Below are positions 9,361 through 19,354 of a stretch of 61,895 nt of DNA, piece after piece. This DNA is from Candidatus Heimdallarchaeota archaeon (GTDB lineage Archaea; Asgardarchaeota; Heimdallarchaeia; Heimdallarchaeales; Heimdallarchaeaceae): positions 1 to 61,895 of the forward strand of contig DAOVET010000006.1 in assembly GCA_030668825.1 (NCBI GenBank), read 5' to 3'. The number at the start of each line of letters is the position of its first letter. The first letter of the stretch is position 1. A model generated the notes under the pieces. The model was not told the DNA's origin. It did not search any database and saw only the letters and a list, made by a program, of their open reading frames with translations. The translations under genes and the position numbers were made by a program.

Positions 9361-9783
9361 TTGAATAAGGTGTCTTCTCGTAAATTCAGGTATAGAGGAT
9401 ATACATTAGATGAATTAAAACAAATGTCCATGGATGAAATATTAGACTTATTACCTTCAAGAAGAAGAAGGAGTTTATCTCGTCAAGAATTTTGGACACC
9501 ACGAAGAAAGAAATTGTTAGAGGATATTAGAAGAGCTATGGAAACAGGAGACAGAGGTGAGAAACTTGTCGTTCGCACTCATGTTAGGGATATGCCCATT
9601 CTTCCTGAAATGGTAGGGGCAACAATAGCTGTCTACAATGGTCGTGAATTTTTAGAAATTGAAATTCAACCTCAAATGATTGGGCACCTCTTAGGTGAAT
9701 TCTCACCAAGTACAAAAGTGGTTCGTCATGGAGCCCCAGGTATTGGAGCAACAAGATCCTCACTGTATGTCCCACTAAAATAA
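9361..9783 (+). CDS. rps19: 30S ribosomal protein uS19 (archaeal S19P)
   Basis: [44 protein letters not shown]; start may be GTG 9370. Confidence 0.97.
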   Translation: MNKVSSRKFRYRGYTLDELKQMSMDEILDLLPSRRRRSLSRQEFWTPRRKKLLEDIRRAMETGDRGEKLVVRTHVRDMPILPEMVGATIAVYNGREFLEIEIQPQMIGHLLGEFSPSTKVVRHGAPGIGATRSSLYVPLK

Positions 9784-9837
9784 CTCTTTTTTCATTTTTA
9801 CTGAAATTTTTTAAACAAGTTATTTCTTCTTTAAACG

Positions 9838-10212
9838 ATGAGTTCTGAAAATTCAGTCAAAAGTTCAAAAGATTCCAAGGCGTATCAACGTCTAGTAAAG
9901 AATCTCACTATTGATTTACTTTGGATATGGGTTCTAAAACTTCTAAGAGAAAAGCCAAAATATGCTTATCAGTTAAAACAAGAAATCCAAGAACGATTCA
10001 ACTTTAGTCCAGCTACTGTAACAAATTATACAATACTATATCTTCTTGAAAGAGAAGGTTTGGTAGAAAAAACAGAAATGAGAAATAGTGATGAAAGAAT
10101 CGACAGAAAATACTATGTAATCACTAAATTTGGTGAGGAAGTGATGAATGAAGCAGAACTATATCTCAAACAAATCTATGAGAAGCTATTTTCAAAAGAA
10201 ATTGATTCATAA
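9838..10212 (+). CDS. PadR-family transcriptional regulator
   Basis: LKLLREKPKYAYQL, YTILYLLEREGLV, RKYYVITKFG. Confidence 0.88.
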   Translation: MSSENSVKSSKDSKAYQRLVKNLTIDLLWIWVLKLLREKPKYAYQLKQEIQERFNFSPATVTNYTILYLLEREGLVEKTEMRNSDERIDRKYYVITKFGEEVMNEAELYLKQIYEKLFSKEIDS

Positions 10213-10298
10213 ACATTTCTCGCTCATTTTTCAACAAATTTAAAAGTTCAAACTTAGTTTCTGATTTAGGTACAGTATAATGAAGGTGAATATTTAAC

Positions 10299-10574
10299 AT
10301 GCCTAAAAAGAGAAAATCGGGAGGAAGGTCTGGAGGAAAACGAGGTAGAGCCACATCAGTTCAATGTCATTCTTGCGGAAAATTAGTTCCAACTGATAAA
10401 GCTAAAAAATTCAGTGTCTATTCCAGTGCAGTTGATTACCGGTTAGCTAAAGAACTTAGAGATGAAGGTGCATATATTCCTCGTCAAAAGAAGATTGCAT
10501 ATTATTGTATTTCTTGCTCTATTCATAGAGGGAGGACAAACATAAGATCTAAAGATGATAGAAGAGGCAGATAA
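10299..10574 (+). CDS. rps26e: 30S ribosomal protein eS26
   Basis: MPKKRKSGGR, VQCHSCGKLVPTDKA, YCISCSIH. Confidence 0.95.
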   Translation: MPKKRKSGGRSGGKRGRATSVQCHSCGKLVPTDKAKKFSVYSSAVDYRLAKELRDEGAYIPRQKKIAYYCISCSIHRGRTNIRSKDDRRGR

Positions 10575-10623
10575 CTCTTCAATCTTCTTCTTTTATTCTT
10601 TTCTTAAGCTGGGGGAATAACTT

Positions 10624-11208
10624 TTGAAATTAATCTTTTTGATTCCTTCTTCAACCATAAGAAGCACGACTAAAAAAACCATAAAGTCAGTCGTAGGAGG
10701 CCAAGAAAGACTAGATGTTCTTTCACGCTGTTTGCTAAATTTAAGCAGATGGAATAACAGAATAAATAGGGAGATTCAATTATTAGTTTATATGTCCCAT
10801 GAACAAGAACAAAAGGTGTTAAGCATTCCAATTTCAGATAAATTTGATACTCTTCAAAATGAAATTGATTCTACCTACATGATGCTAGATGTTCTGTCAA
10901 GCCCTAAAGAATACAAAGCAGAATATAAAGTGATACGTTTCAATAAATTATTAGATAATCTTACTAAAGATTCCTCAATCTTTTATCTTACATCTGCAGG
11001 TTTATCCATTGATAAACAAAAAATACTTACTCAAAAAAATCTTTCTTTGTGTTTTATTTTAGGAAGTCAGCACGACTTGTCTGATGAACAAGAAAAAGCG
11101 TTGTCTGATATTAAGTATATTCCAATTAGTTTGGGAGAAAAGGATTATCTTGCATCACATGTGATAACTATTGTGTGCAATCATCTATCTCATTTAGATG
11201 ATAATTAG
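10624..11208 (+). CDS. SPOUT methyltransferase, TrmY (tRNA pseudouridine-54 N1-methyltransferase)-like, divergent
   Basis: RLDVLSRC; FILGSQHDL; ISLGEKDYLASHVITIV. Confidence 0.7.
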   Translation: MKLIFLIPSSTIRSTTKKTIKSVVGGQERLDVLSRCLLNLSRWNNRINREIQLLVYMSHEQEQKVLSIPISDKFDTLQNEIDSTYMMLDVLSSPKEYKAEYKVIRFNKLLDNLTKDSSIFYLTSAGLSIDKQKILTQKNLSLCFILGSQHDLSDEQEKALSDIKYIPISLGEKDYLASHVITIVCNHLSHLDDN

Positions 11209-11263
11209 TTTGAAGTGCTCATTTAATAAAATTTTAATGTTATACTCTCCATTTAATATTAAG

Positions 11264-11497
11264 ATGAGTGAAAAAGAATCTCCTGTAGTTACAAAGAAGA
11301 TGTTGGCTTTAGGATTTGCATCTCCTTTTGTTTTTAGCGTTGGTGGGATGGTCATTGCTTATTTTGCAACCCAAAATCTTTCTAGTAAAATACGTAGTAT
11401 ATCACTCATTGTGGCAACTTTTCTTGGACTCCTAATATCGATAGGAATTATTTTTTTGATGCAATGGTATATTAACCGAAAAATAAAGCAGAAATAA
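11264..11497 (+). CDS. Small two-TM membrane protein
   Basis: ATG 11264, two hydrophobic helices, basic C-terminus. Confidence 0.55.
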   Translation: MSEKESPVVTKKMLALGFASPFVFSVGGMVIAYFATQNLSSKIRSISLIVATFLGLLISIGIIFLMQWYINRKIKQK

Positions 11498-11705
11498 TTC
11501 ACATGTATATGGTTGATCTTCAGGTTTACAAGGAGTAACAAAGGTTTCTATTGACGATGATAGGTTGGTTCTAAGATTTAGAATAAAAGCTTAAACAATT
11601 TTTGAGGTGGCATATTGAGCTATTTTTCTCCGTTTTACTTCGCTAGTAAATCACAAATTTTTTAATACGCAACTGATAGTTCGAATTATAAAGCGTTGAG
11701 GGTCA

Positions 11706-13034
11706 ATGATGAGCATAAAACGAAGAAAAATATTGATTATGGGCGCAGCAGGAAGGGATTTTCATAACTTTAACACATATTATCGTACCAATGAATCTTA
11801 TGAAGTTGTAGCTTTTACTGCTACACAAATCCCAGATATTGTTGATCGTAAATATCCTGCTGAACTCTCTGGAGAATTATATCCTAATGGTATTCCCATT
11901 TATGATGAAAGTGAACTTGTAGAAATTATCAAGAAATATGATGTAGACGAGGTAGTTTTCTCATATTCTGATGTTACACATGAATATGTTATGCATAAAG
12001 CATCACTTGTAAACGCATGTGGAGCAGCTTTTTCTCTTTTAGGTACTAAAGGTACAATGATTAAGAGCACTAAACCCTTAATCAGTGTATGTGCAGTTAG
12101 AACTGGAAGCGGTAAATCCCAAACTTCCCGTAAAATTGTTCAACTTTTACAAAATGCTGGGAAGAAAATCGTAGCTATTCGTCATCCAATGCCATATGGA
12201 AATCTTGTTAAACAAGCTGTTCAAAGATTTGCTGAATATTCTGATTTAGATAAACATGAAACAACTATTGAAGAAAGAGAAGAATATGAACCCTATATTG
12301 ACAAAGGTTTAGTGATATACTCTGGTGTGGACTATGAAGCTATTTTGAGAGAAGCTGAAAAAGAAGCAGATGTTATTCTCTGGGATGGAGGTAATAATGA
12401 TTTTTCATTCTATCAACCTGATTTACAAATAGTTATAGCCGATCCACATAGGGTGGGACATGAGACCTCATATCATCCAGGAGAAACAACTCTCAACCTA
12501 GCAGATGTTGTAGTTGTCAATAAAATAACTACAACAGATTACAAGAATGTTATGGAACTTGAGGAGAATATCCGAAAAGCTAATCCCAATGCAGTCATAA
12601 TTGAAGCTGCTTCCCCTATTTTTTTAGATAACCCTGAGTTAGTTAAAGGAAAAAGAGTCTTAGTTATAGAAGATGGACCAACGTTAACTCATGGTGAAAT
12701 GAAATATGGTGCTGGTGTTGTTGCAGCTAGAAGATATGGTGCAAAGGAACTTGTTGATCCTCGTCCCTATTTAGTTGGAAGTATGAAAGAGACTTTTGAT
12801 AAATATCCAGAAATAGGTACTCTTCTTCCGGCCATGGGTTATTTTGAGCAGCAGCTCAAGGATTTAGAAGAAACTATCAATAATACAGATTGTGATGTGG
12901 TTATTTCAGCAACTCCAATAGATATAACTCGACTAGTTAAAGTCAATAAACCAATAGTTAGGGTAAGATATGAACTTGAGGAAATTGGCTATCCAAAACT
13001 AGAAGATATATTAAAAGAGAAAAACTTCCTTTGA
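11706..13034 (+). CDS. Cyclic 2,3-diphosphoglycerate synthetase-like P-loop NTPase (COG2403 type)
   Basis: MGAAGRDFHNFN, AVRTGSGKSQT, RHPMPYG, WDGGNND, EDGPTLTHG. Confidence 0.85.
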   Translation: MMSIKRRKILIMGAAGRDFHNFNTYYRTNESYEVVAFTATQIPDIVDRKYPAELSGELYPNGIPIYDESELVEIIKKYDVDEVVFSYSDVTHEYVMHKASLVNACGAAFSLLGTKGTMIKSTKPLISVCAVRTGSGKSQTSRKIVQLLQNAGKKIVAIRHPMPYGNLVKQAVQRFAEYSDLDKHETTIEEREEYEPYIDKGLVIYSGVDYEAILREAEKEADVILWDGGNNDFSFYQPDLQIVIADPHRVGHETSYHPGETTLNLADVVVVNKITTTDYKNVMELEENIRKANPNAVIIEAASPIFLDNPELVKGKRVLVIEDGPTLTHGEMKYGAGVVAARRYGAKELVDPRPYLVGSMKETFDKYPEIGTLLPAMGYFEQQLKDLEETINNTDCDVVISATPIDITRLVKVNKPIVRVRYELEEIGYPKLEDILKEKNFL

Positions 13035-13239
13035 TTTTTCTTTTTCATCTTTCTCCTTTTTCTAATCAAACTTCTTCAAAACATTTGCTACATTCTTAAC
13101 AAGACGTCTTCTATCAAGAAAGCAGGCTATTAAATTAATTGGAAGCAGTACTCATAATATGCAGTAAAGAAAATTTAAATATCTTCTCTACCAGAAAAAT
13201 AAATTTTTATTCTCATATTCCTTTTTTTGCTTGGATTTT

Positions 13240-14040
13240 ATGACAACACCTACTGAAAATGAGCTCATTACTGATGGATCTGATGTTTTAATTGTTCTAG
13301 ATAATAGAAAAAGATGGCTAGCTAAAGCAACTAGTGGTCAACAATTTCATTGTCACAAAGGTTTTTTTGATTTTGACCAGATTATTGGAAAACCATTTGG
13401 AACAAATGTAACTACCAACAAATCAATCAGTTTAACTATCTATAATCCAATACCTAGTGATTTTCTTAAGCAGATTTCACATAGTTCTCAGATAATCTAT
13501 ACAAAAGATGCTGGTTCAATCTTATTAAATGGTGGAATAAAACCTGGTAGTAGAGTAATTGAAGCTGGAACTGGAAGTGGAGCTTTAACATCAATACTAG
13601 CAACATATGTGGGTTCCACAGGGCATGTTTATACTTATGAAAATAGAGAGGAAGCATTCAATACAGCAAAGAAAAATCTTTCGAGAATTGGAGTTGAATC
13701 ACATGTATCAATGAAGCTTAAAGATGTTTCAACTGGGTTTGATGAAAAGGGTGTTGATGCCGTAGTTCTTGATTTAGGCGATCCTTGTACAGTGATTCCA
13801 TATGCATTTGACTCCTTGAAATATGGAGGTATAATTACGGTCTTTTTGCCAACATATAATCAAATTGAGAAAGTATTTACCAAATTTCTAGAATTTAGTT
13901 TTGGTGATATACAAGCTCTTGAACTGATACGTAGAGATATCCAACTTAAAGCACATGCTATCCGACCAAATACAAGAATGATTGGACATACTGGTTTTTT
14001 GATTTTTGCACGAAAATTGTATGAGGAAGTAGATGAATGA
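13240..14040 (+). CDS. trmI: tRNA (adenine-58-N1)-methyltransferase
   Basis: SQIIYTKD, EAGTGSGALT, DAVVLDL, RMIGHTGFL. Confidence 0.93.
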   Translation: MTTPTENELITDGSDVLIVLDNRKRWLAKATSGQQFHCHKGFFDFDQIIGKPFGTNVTTNKSISLTIYNPIPSDFLKQISHSSQIIYTKDAGSILLNGGIKPGSRVIEAGTGSGALTSILATYVGSTGHVYTYENREEAFNTAKKNLSRIGVESHVSMKLKDVSTGFDEKGVDAVVLDLGDPCTVIPYAFDSLKYGGIITVFLPTYNQIEKVFTKFLEFSFGDIQALELIRRDIQLKAHAIRPNTRMIGHTGFLIFARKLYEEVDE

Positions 14041-14507
14041 GAATTCTTTTTCGATGTTATAATTGTGAGGTAATCAATGAAATCCCTGATAATTACAGAC
14101 ACAGATTCTGTAATAATTGTAGTAAAATTATTACTTACACTTCCAGAGAAGCAATAATTTGTGAAAAGTCGTCACACGACTGTGATGTTTTTCTTAAAGC
14201 TGAAAATCTAAATGCAGACTTAGCAGAGAAATTCTTTTCTATAGCTGATTCTCATACTGAGTTAATTTCCAATTTAATTAAAAGTTATGTACAAAAACAA
14301 GTTGAACTCCCAGACATACCTTCAGCATCGCTATCTGATACTATTTTACGTCTGATAAAGGGAAATGTATCAGGAGCTTTAGATGATTTGATCAAAAGTT
14401 GTGATTTATTTAATATTGGGTTAAACAAGCTAGAAAAAATTCTTTTACAAATGATAAAAGAAGGTTTGATTTACCTTCCTAAAAGTTGGTTGTTAAGTCT
14501 AACTTAA
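14037..14507 (+). CDS. Zn-ribbon plus C-terminal winged-helix-like hypothetical protein
   Basis: CxxC...CxxC at the N-terminus; C-terminal LEKILLQMIKEGLIYLP; 4-nt overlap with trmI. Confidence 0.55.
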   Translation: MRILFRCYNCEVINEIPDNYRHRFCNNCSKIITYTSREAIICEKSSHDCDVFLKAENLNADLAEKFFSIADSHTELISNLIKSYVQKQVELPDIPSASLSDTILRLIKGNVSGALDDLIKSCDLFNIGLNKLEKILLQMIKEGLIYLPKSWLLSLT

Positions 14508-14518
14508 ATTTAGTTTAA

Positions 14519-15115
14519 CTAATATCTTCTCTTTGTTAGTTTCTCCTTTATCCAACCATAGATAATTACAATCACAACAATTCCTACACCAGCGGCAAAA
14601 GCTAGACCAATACCTAAAATTATGTTTGAAGGCCCTCCAAAATCAACAACGGATACAGTAATATTTTCAGCGGCTATGAAATCTACAGCACTAGGTCCAA
14701 AGGTTTCATGTGGGTGATAAGTATCAAGGGCTTTGAAGTATATTGAGACATTATAGTCCGCTTCTGGACTTGTAATTTCTTCTCTAAGGGTGCCTGTTAA
14801 ACTAGCTCCTGGTTCAAGAGTTCTGTGATAATAATCATACTTTATACTGTAAGTTGTGTTGAATTTATCATTTCCACCTAAATGAACAAAATCAACATTA
14901 AAGGATATTACTTCAATCTCTAAATTACCAAAGTTAACAATGGTTGCTTGAATGGTAACTCTAGTGTTTCTAACAATATATGTTTCAGACACACGTCCAT
15001 TAATCGCACCAATATACTGGTCTGATTGTGCTCTAGCAACGTTTGAATAAGGATGTAACATAAATATAGCCAATAAAAGAAACACGCTTGTCTTTGCCCA
15101 GAATTTTTTGCTCAT
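14519..15115 (-). CDS. Secreted Ig-like protein with C-terminal TM anchor
   Basis: Signal peptide, beta-rich domain (ATIVNFG, LEPG), NxS/T sites, C-terminal TM and basic tail. Confidence 0.6.
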   Translation of the reverse strand: MSKKFWAKTSVFLLLAIFMLHPYSNVARAQSDQYIGAINGRVSETYIVRNTRVTIQATIVNFGNLEIEVISFNVDFVHLGGNDKFNTTYSIKYDYYHRTLEPGASLTGTLREEITSPEADYNVSIYFKALDTYHPHETFGPSAVDFIAAENITVSVVDFGGPSNIILGIGLAFAAGVGIVVIVIIYGWIKEKLTKRRY

Positions 15116-15120
15116 AGATA

Positions 15121-15753
15121 TTAACCTTCTTGTGTAAGTAATAATGAGAGTTCTCTTTTTAACCCATCTAAAGACCTTTCAATTCTCTTCTCATAAGTAT
15201 TGTCAATGCTGATTTTTCTATCAACCGTCTCTACTTTTACTCCACCCATTGATTTGATAAAATCTTTTGACAAGTTAAATTTCACATTAAGTTCTTTGTC
15301 TGTGATTTGTTTAGAAATATTGTCAAAAAACTGTTTTGAGAAGATATCTTTGTCTTCTTTTCTACATAAAACAGTAAGTTCAGGTTGTTTAAGAGTTAAA
15401 GTAGCTTCTAAAACCAATTTTTCAAGACTTTTTTCATACTCTTTGGTACCTGTGAGAGCAGCTATTTTCTTTTTTGCTTTCTCTATGAGACCATAGACCA
15501 AATCGTCTCTATATTTTGTAATTTGAAGTTTAAGCTCAAGTTCTTTCTTTGCTTTCTTTTTTGAAAATTCAGAATCAGCACTGTTTTTTGCCTCTTCTAC
15601 AATTTTTTCTTGAATTGCTTTGATCTTTCCTTCTGTTTCTTTGTTGATTGAAGCAATTGTTTTTTTCTGATCAGCTAAGATTTCCTTTATTAGCTTTTCA
15701 GTATTTTCTTCAATTTTTCTAGTTATTTCTAAATCATTATGTTTGCTACTCAT
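15121..15753 (-). CDS. atpE: A/V-type ATP synthase subunit E
   Basis: N-terminal coiled coil; MGGVKV...ISIDNTYEKRI. Confidence 0.85.
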   Translation of the reverse strand: MSSKHNDLEITRKIEENTEKLIKEILADQKKTIASINKETEGKIKAIQEKIVEEAKNSADSEFSKKKAKKELELKLQITKYRDDLVYGLIEKAKKKIAALTGTKEYEKSLEKLVLEATLTLKQPELTVLCRKEDKDIFSKQFFDNISKQITDKELNVKFNLSKDFIKSMGGVKVETVDRKISIDNTYEKRIERSLDGLKRELSLLLTQEG

Positions 15754-15866
15754 CGGAACCTTCTCAAAGCTAGGGGGAATTTGATAAGGACTTCATAAGT
15801 CAGCATATAAAAATTTTGGTTAGGAATTAATTATTAATTCCTTGATTCCAATGAGTACATTGATGA

Positions 15867-16892
15867 TTACTCGAACAATGTTTCATCTGTAGCATATTTA
15901 TACGCTACAATGAAGAGCGCAAAGAATATACTTGCTGACAATGCAACAATTATTGTGATTGCTATTTCAGGTCTTGTCATGTATTTAACAAAGAAGTTTA
16001 CAGCAATGAAGAGAATAACCATTATTCTTCCACCTGAACCAGTTTCCTTCATCATTTGCTTTCTCCACCGCACAAATGTTTCGAATACACTTAGTGCAAC
16101 AGCTATAATATTGATAATGAATATTGAATGACCATTCAATTTCCATTTATCAACAAAAGCAAAGAGTGCTAAGATTCCTCCAAACAAGAACATCTTAATA
16201 ACTAAACCAATTCTATCAGCAATTTCCTTCTTATAGGATACTTGTGAAGCTCCCTCTCTAAGAAGCATCAGAAAATTACCTATAGCAATCGCGCAGGCTA
16301 AGCACAAAACGACTCCATAAAAAATTGGTGCGTAACTTGTCCATACGCTCCAAATTGGTACGAACACCTGTGAATACTCCACAAAGAAAGCAATTGTTAT
16401 CATCAAAGGGATGGCAGCTAGAAATAGTCCTGGGATGACAACCAAAATAGTAGGTACATTCTTTTTGACTCCAAATGCATATAATATTAGTTTGACTGCA
16501 AAAAACGCTCCAAACACAGATATTAAAGGAGCTCCAAATGGTAATATTAAGAAAAACAAACAGAAAATTGCATTAACCATGTAAAAGATTTTTGTATCGA
16601 TTCTTACTTTTCCTAAGGCCCTCCACATGAGTTCGTATGAACTAGCGACTCGTGTTGCTTTAACTAAAGAAACAAGTGAAAATGGCAGTGCAAAAATCAG
16701 CGGAGCTATACCTCGTAATATGACTGCTTCTGGTGTCCCTGATAAAGGATTGGTTCCCCAGAAAAAGAAGCCATCTAGAGTTACACTTTTCATCGGTTCT
16801 ATATTCATCCAAACATAGAAATATGCTGGAAATATGAAAACCTGAAGTAAAACAATTAATCTATTTATCATCAATCCTCTAAGCTCTACCAT
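15867..16892 (-). CDS. Polytopic membrane protein of unknown function
   Basis: ~10 hydrophobic segments; ATG 16892 after AGGTG. Confidence 0.7.
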   Translation of the reverse strand: MVELRGLMINRLIVLLQVFIFPAYFYVWMNIEPMKSVTLDGFFFWGTNPLSGTPEAVILRGIAPLIFALPFSLVSLVKATRVASSYELMWRALGKVRIDTKIFYMVNAIFCLFFLILPFGAPLISVFGAFFAVKLILYAFGVKKNVPTILVVIPGLFLAAIPLMITIAFFVEYSQVFVPIWSVWTSYAPIFYGVVLCLACAIAIGNFLMLLREGASQVSYKKEIADRIGLVIKMFLFGGILALFAFVDKWKLNGHSIFIINIIAVALSVFETFVRWRKQMMKETGSGGRIMVILFIAVNFFVKYMTRPEIAITIIVALSASIFFALFIVAYKYATDETLFE

Positions 16893-16998
16893 CAAAGCAC
16901 CTTGGAAAAAAAAGGTCATCCAGATAAAAAAACGTTTCCTTTTCCCGCCAACAACTAAACTTTATTAAGTTAAATCTTAGTATGATTTATTGAAGGTT

Positions 16999-18219
16999 AT
17001 GAGTGAAAGGGACGTTTCCATAGAAGAACTTCTTAAGAAGTACAGCATTCAACCCCACGATTTAGAGTATATTCTTAATTTCATGCAAAAAGAGAATATT
17101 TCTCCTCAATTGGCAATGCGTAGAATTAAACTTTTTGAGAAACTTCAAGAAAAAATGTTTCAAACACAATCAGATGAAAAAGTTCGTGAACTAACAACAG
17201 AATTAGATCAATTATCTAAATTAGTTGAGGACTTGCAGAAAGAGAAAGTAGATCTGGATAAAGAAATAGAAGATACACGATTACAACAGGATTTGTTTAA
17301 CGCTGAAAGAGAAGAACTTAAACTGCAGATGCATGCTTTGATGGGTTCAATTGAATCGATTGAAACTGAAGCTGAAAAAGGAGAAGAAAAACTGAAAGAA
17401 GAAAACCAAGAGCTTAAGAAGAAACTTAGTCTAATGACAGCTGGAAGTCAAACCCTGAAAGAAAAAATACTAAAACTTGGGGCAGAAACGCCCTCTCTAA
17501 AACCATTAGTTGAACCAATTGACATAGGTTTAGATGCAATCATTAATGCAAGGCAGATTCCTCACATAACACTGTCTGCACCAAAGGGTGCTTTTACAAC
17601 TTCCTCAAAGGTTGCTTCTATTACCGCATCTACCGGTTCTATGCCTGCACCCAAAGCAGCAGATACAATTTCTCCGGATCAGATAAAATTCGCAACTCCC
17701 TCTTCAGTTTCTAAAAAGAAGGAATCTGCACCAATTAGAGAAGAACCTCAAAAAGAATCCATGCCTTCACCATCAGCAAGCTCGTCAAGACCCATAATTA
17801 AAGAAAATATTTTTGATGAATCACAAAAAGTTGAAAAACCCTCCTCTATGCCAGCTCCAAAAGCTGAATCAATATCTCCCTCAAAACCTGAACCCAAACC
17901 CGAGCCTAAACCAACACCTAGAGAAGAATCTAAACCTGCTAAAATAAACGTTACCACAAGACCTGTTACTGATGAATCAGCAGTTTCTTCAAAGATCGAA
18001 AAAATATTGAAATTGTTCATGTCTTATGCACAACAAGCCGATACCGATGAGAATTGGAAAGCTAGAATCTCTGCAATATGTGATATGGATGAGGCTTATA
18101 TTGAACTTGGAGGATTAGCAATGTCACAGATTTATGCATATCAAACTCAATCTATAAAGAAGAAAAAGGAGTTCGAGAGACTCATAAATTCATGGATTGA
18201 AAATGGTATTCCTCGATAA
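16999..18219 (+). CDS. Coiled-coil protein with Pro/Ser/Lys-rich disordered linker and helical C-terminal domain
   Basis: Heptad-rich N-terminal third; repeated SMPAPKA; PKPEPKPEPKP. Confidence 0.7.
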   Translation: MSERDVSIEELLKKYSIQPHDLEYILNFMQKENISPQLAMRRIKLFEKLQEKMFQTQSDEKVRELTTELDQLSKLVEDLQKEKVDLDKEIEDTRLQQDLFNAEREELKLQMHALMGSIESIETEAEKGEEKLKEENQELKKKLSLMTAGSQTLKEKILKLGAETPSLKPLVEPIDIGLDAIINARQIPHITLSAPKGAFTTSSKVASITASTGSMPAPKAADTISPDQIKFATPSSVSKKKESAPIREEPQKESMPSPSASSSRPIIKENIFDESQKVEKPSSMPAPKAESISPSKPEPKPEPKPTPREESKPAKINVTTRPVTDESAVSSKIEKILKLFMSYAQQADTDENWKARISAICDMDEAYIELGGLAMSQIYAYQTQSIKKKKEFERLINSWIENGIPR

Positions 18220-18330
18220 TCTCTTTCTCATATTTCAAAACCCCTATTAGTTCTAAACATTATATGTGATGAGCAATTGTTAAGCTTTTAACAGAAAAGA
18301 TAAAAAGTATTATGAAAAGGAAAATTAGTT

Positions 18331-18446
18331 GGATCAGTAGTCTAGTGGATAAGGCACCAGCCTTCGGATATAGTATCGCGAAGAGAGAAACAGAGAAAAT
18401 AGGAGTAAGCTGGAGGTCGCAGGTTCGAATCCTGCCTGATCCGCCA
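18331..18446 (+). tRNA. tRNA-Arg(TCG) with 40-nt intron at 37/38 (18368-18407) and encoded CCA
   Basis: Acceptor GGATCAG/CTGATCC, D stem GTCT/AGGC, anticodon stem CCAGC/GCTGG with CT-TCG-G|A loop, T arm GCAGG-TTCGAAT-CCTGC; bulge-helix-bulge (CTTC/GGAG helix, GGA and TAA bulges). Confidence 0.95.
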
Positions 18447-18502
18447 CAATAAATTTAAATATGTTTTATTAAAAATATGTGATAAATTTCCAAGGGATTA
18501 AT

Positions 18503-19255
18503 ATGAAATATGACAAAGCCAATAAAATTTTGATATTCTATCTGTGTGTAATTTTTCTATATATGCTTACCTTTTTCAGTTTAACATCAATTGCTACAAA
18601 TATTGAATTAGGTGTAGGGGATTTTCTTACTTATGAAGTTCTAGAATCAAGTGGAACTGAGAACGTATTTTATGGAACTTGGCCTCCAGGTACATATTTT
18701 GGGAACTGGTCAGTAGTTCCTAACGATCAAATATTATATTTGATTACCTCGATTACTGAAACTGATATTAATGGGACTTTATTTCTTGGAAATGCTTTTA
18801 CAAACAGTTCCTTTTATAATGTTAGGAATGTTGATTTAGCATTTGGTTTAACTATTGGGGTTTACCCTTGGAACGGTGGTTTTTATGCTAATTCATCTGA
18901 CTGGGAAAACATTGAATCACAAATTCAGCAAACTAATACGACTATTGATGAGATAAGTAATTTTGAACAGATCATTAATGGAGAAAATGAAGTTTATGAA
19001 GTTATTTTATTTCAAACAAGTGATTACTATGGACAGTTTTCAACTTTATACTATCATAGTTCTACAGGAGTTTTACTCAAAGCACATACATCATTTGGAT
19101 TATATGAACTATCTATAGAACTAATTTCAACTAATTTAGAAATTGAAAGCCAGACTAAGACCGTCTTTATGGATTTATCTTCCTTATTAGTAATATTCAC
19201 TCTAATATCCTTCTTTAAAATTATGGAGAAGAGGTCTAACAAAAGAAAAAGATGA
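18503..19255 (+). CDS. Secreted surface protein with C-terminal TM and basic tail
   Basis: Signal peptide, GDFLTYEV, YYHSSTGVLL, NxS/T sequons, TM then KRSNKRKR. Confidence 0.7.
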   Translation: MKYDKANKILIFYLCVIFLYMLTFFSLTSIATNIELGVGDFLTYEVLESSGTENVFYGTWPPGTYFGNWSVVPNDQILYLITSITETDINGTLFLGNAFTNSSFYNVRNVDLAFGLTIGVYPWNGGFYANSSDWENIESQIQQTNTTIDEISNFEQIINGENEVYEVILFQTSDYYGQFSTLYYHSSTGVLLKAHTSFGLYELSIELISTNLEIESQTKTVFMDLSSLLVIFTLISFFKIMEKRSNKRKR

Positions 19256-19354
19256 TTTTTTATACTTCAACTTCTCATTACATTTAACACAAAAGTTTTC
19301 ATTAACTAGCCACAATAGATATTAAACCTAAACCAATATAGAGATTTGAGCAAC

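Noticed and set aside
11500-11700. Short palindromes (TTCTAA-gat-TTAGAA; TTTACT-tcgct-AGTAAA)
   Set aside because: Short AT-rich inverted repeats are expected by chance at this composition
18420-19300. tRNA 3' end as an integration (att) site
   Set aside because: No duplicate of the tRNA 3' end and no integrase noticed in the window
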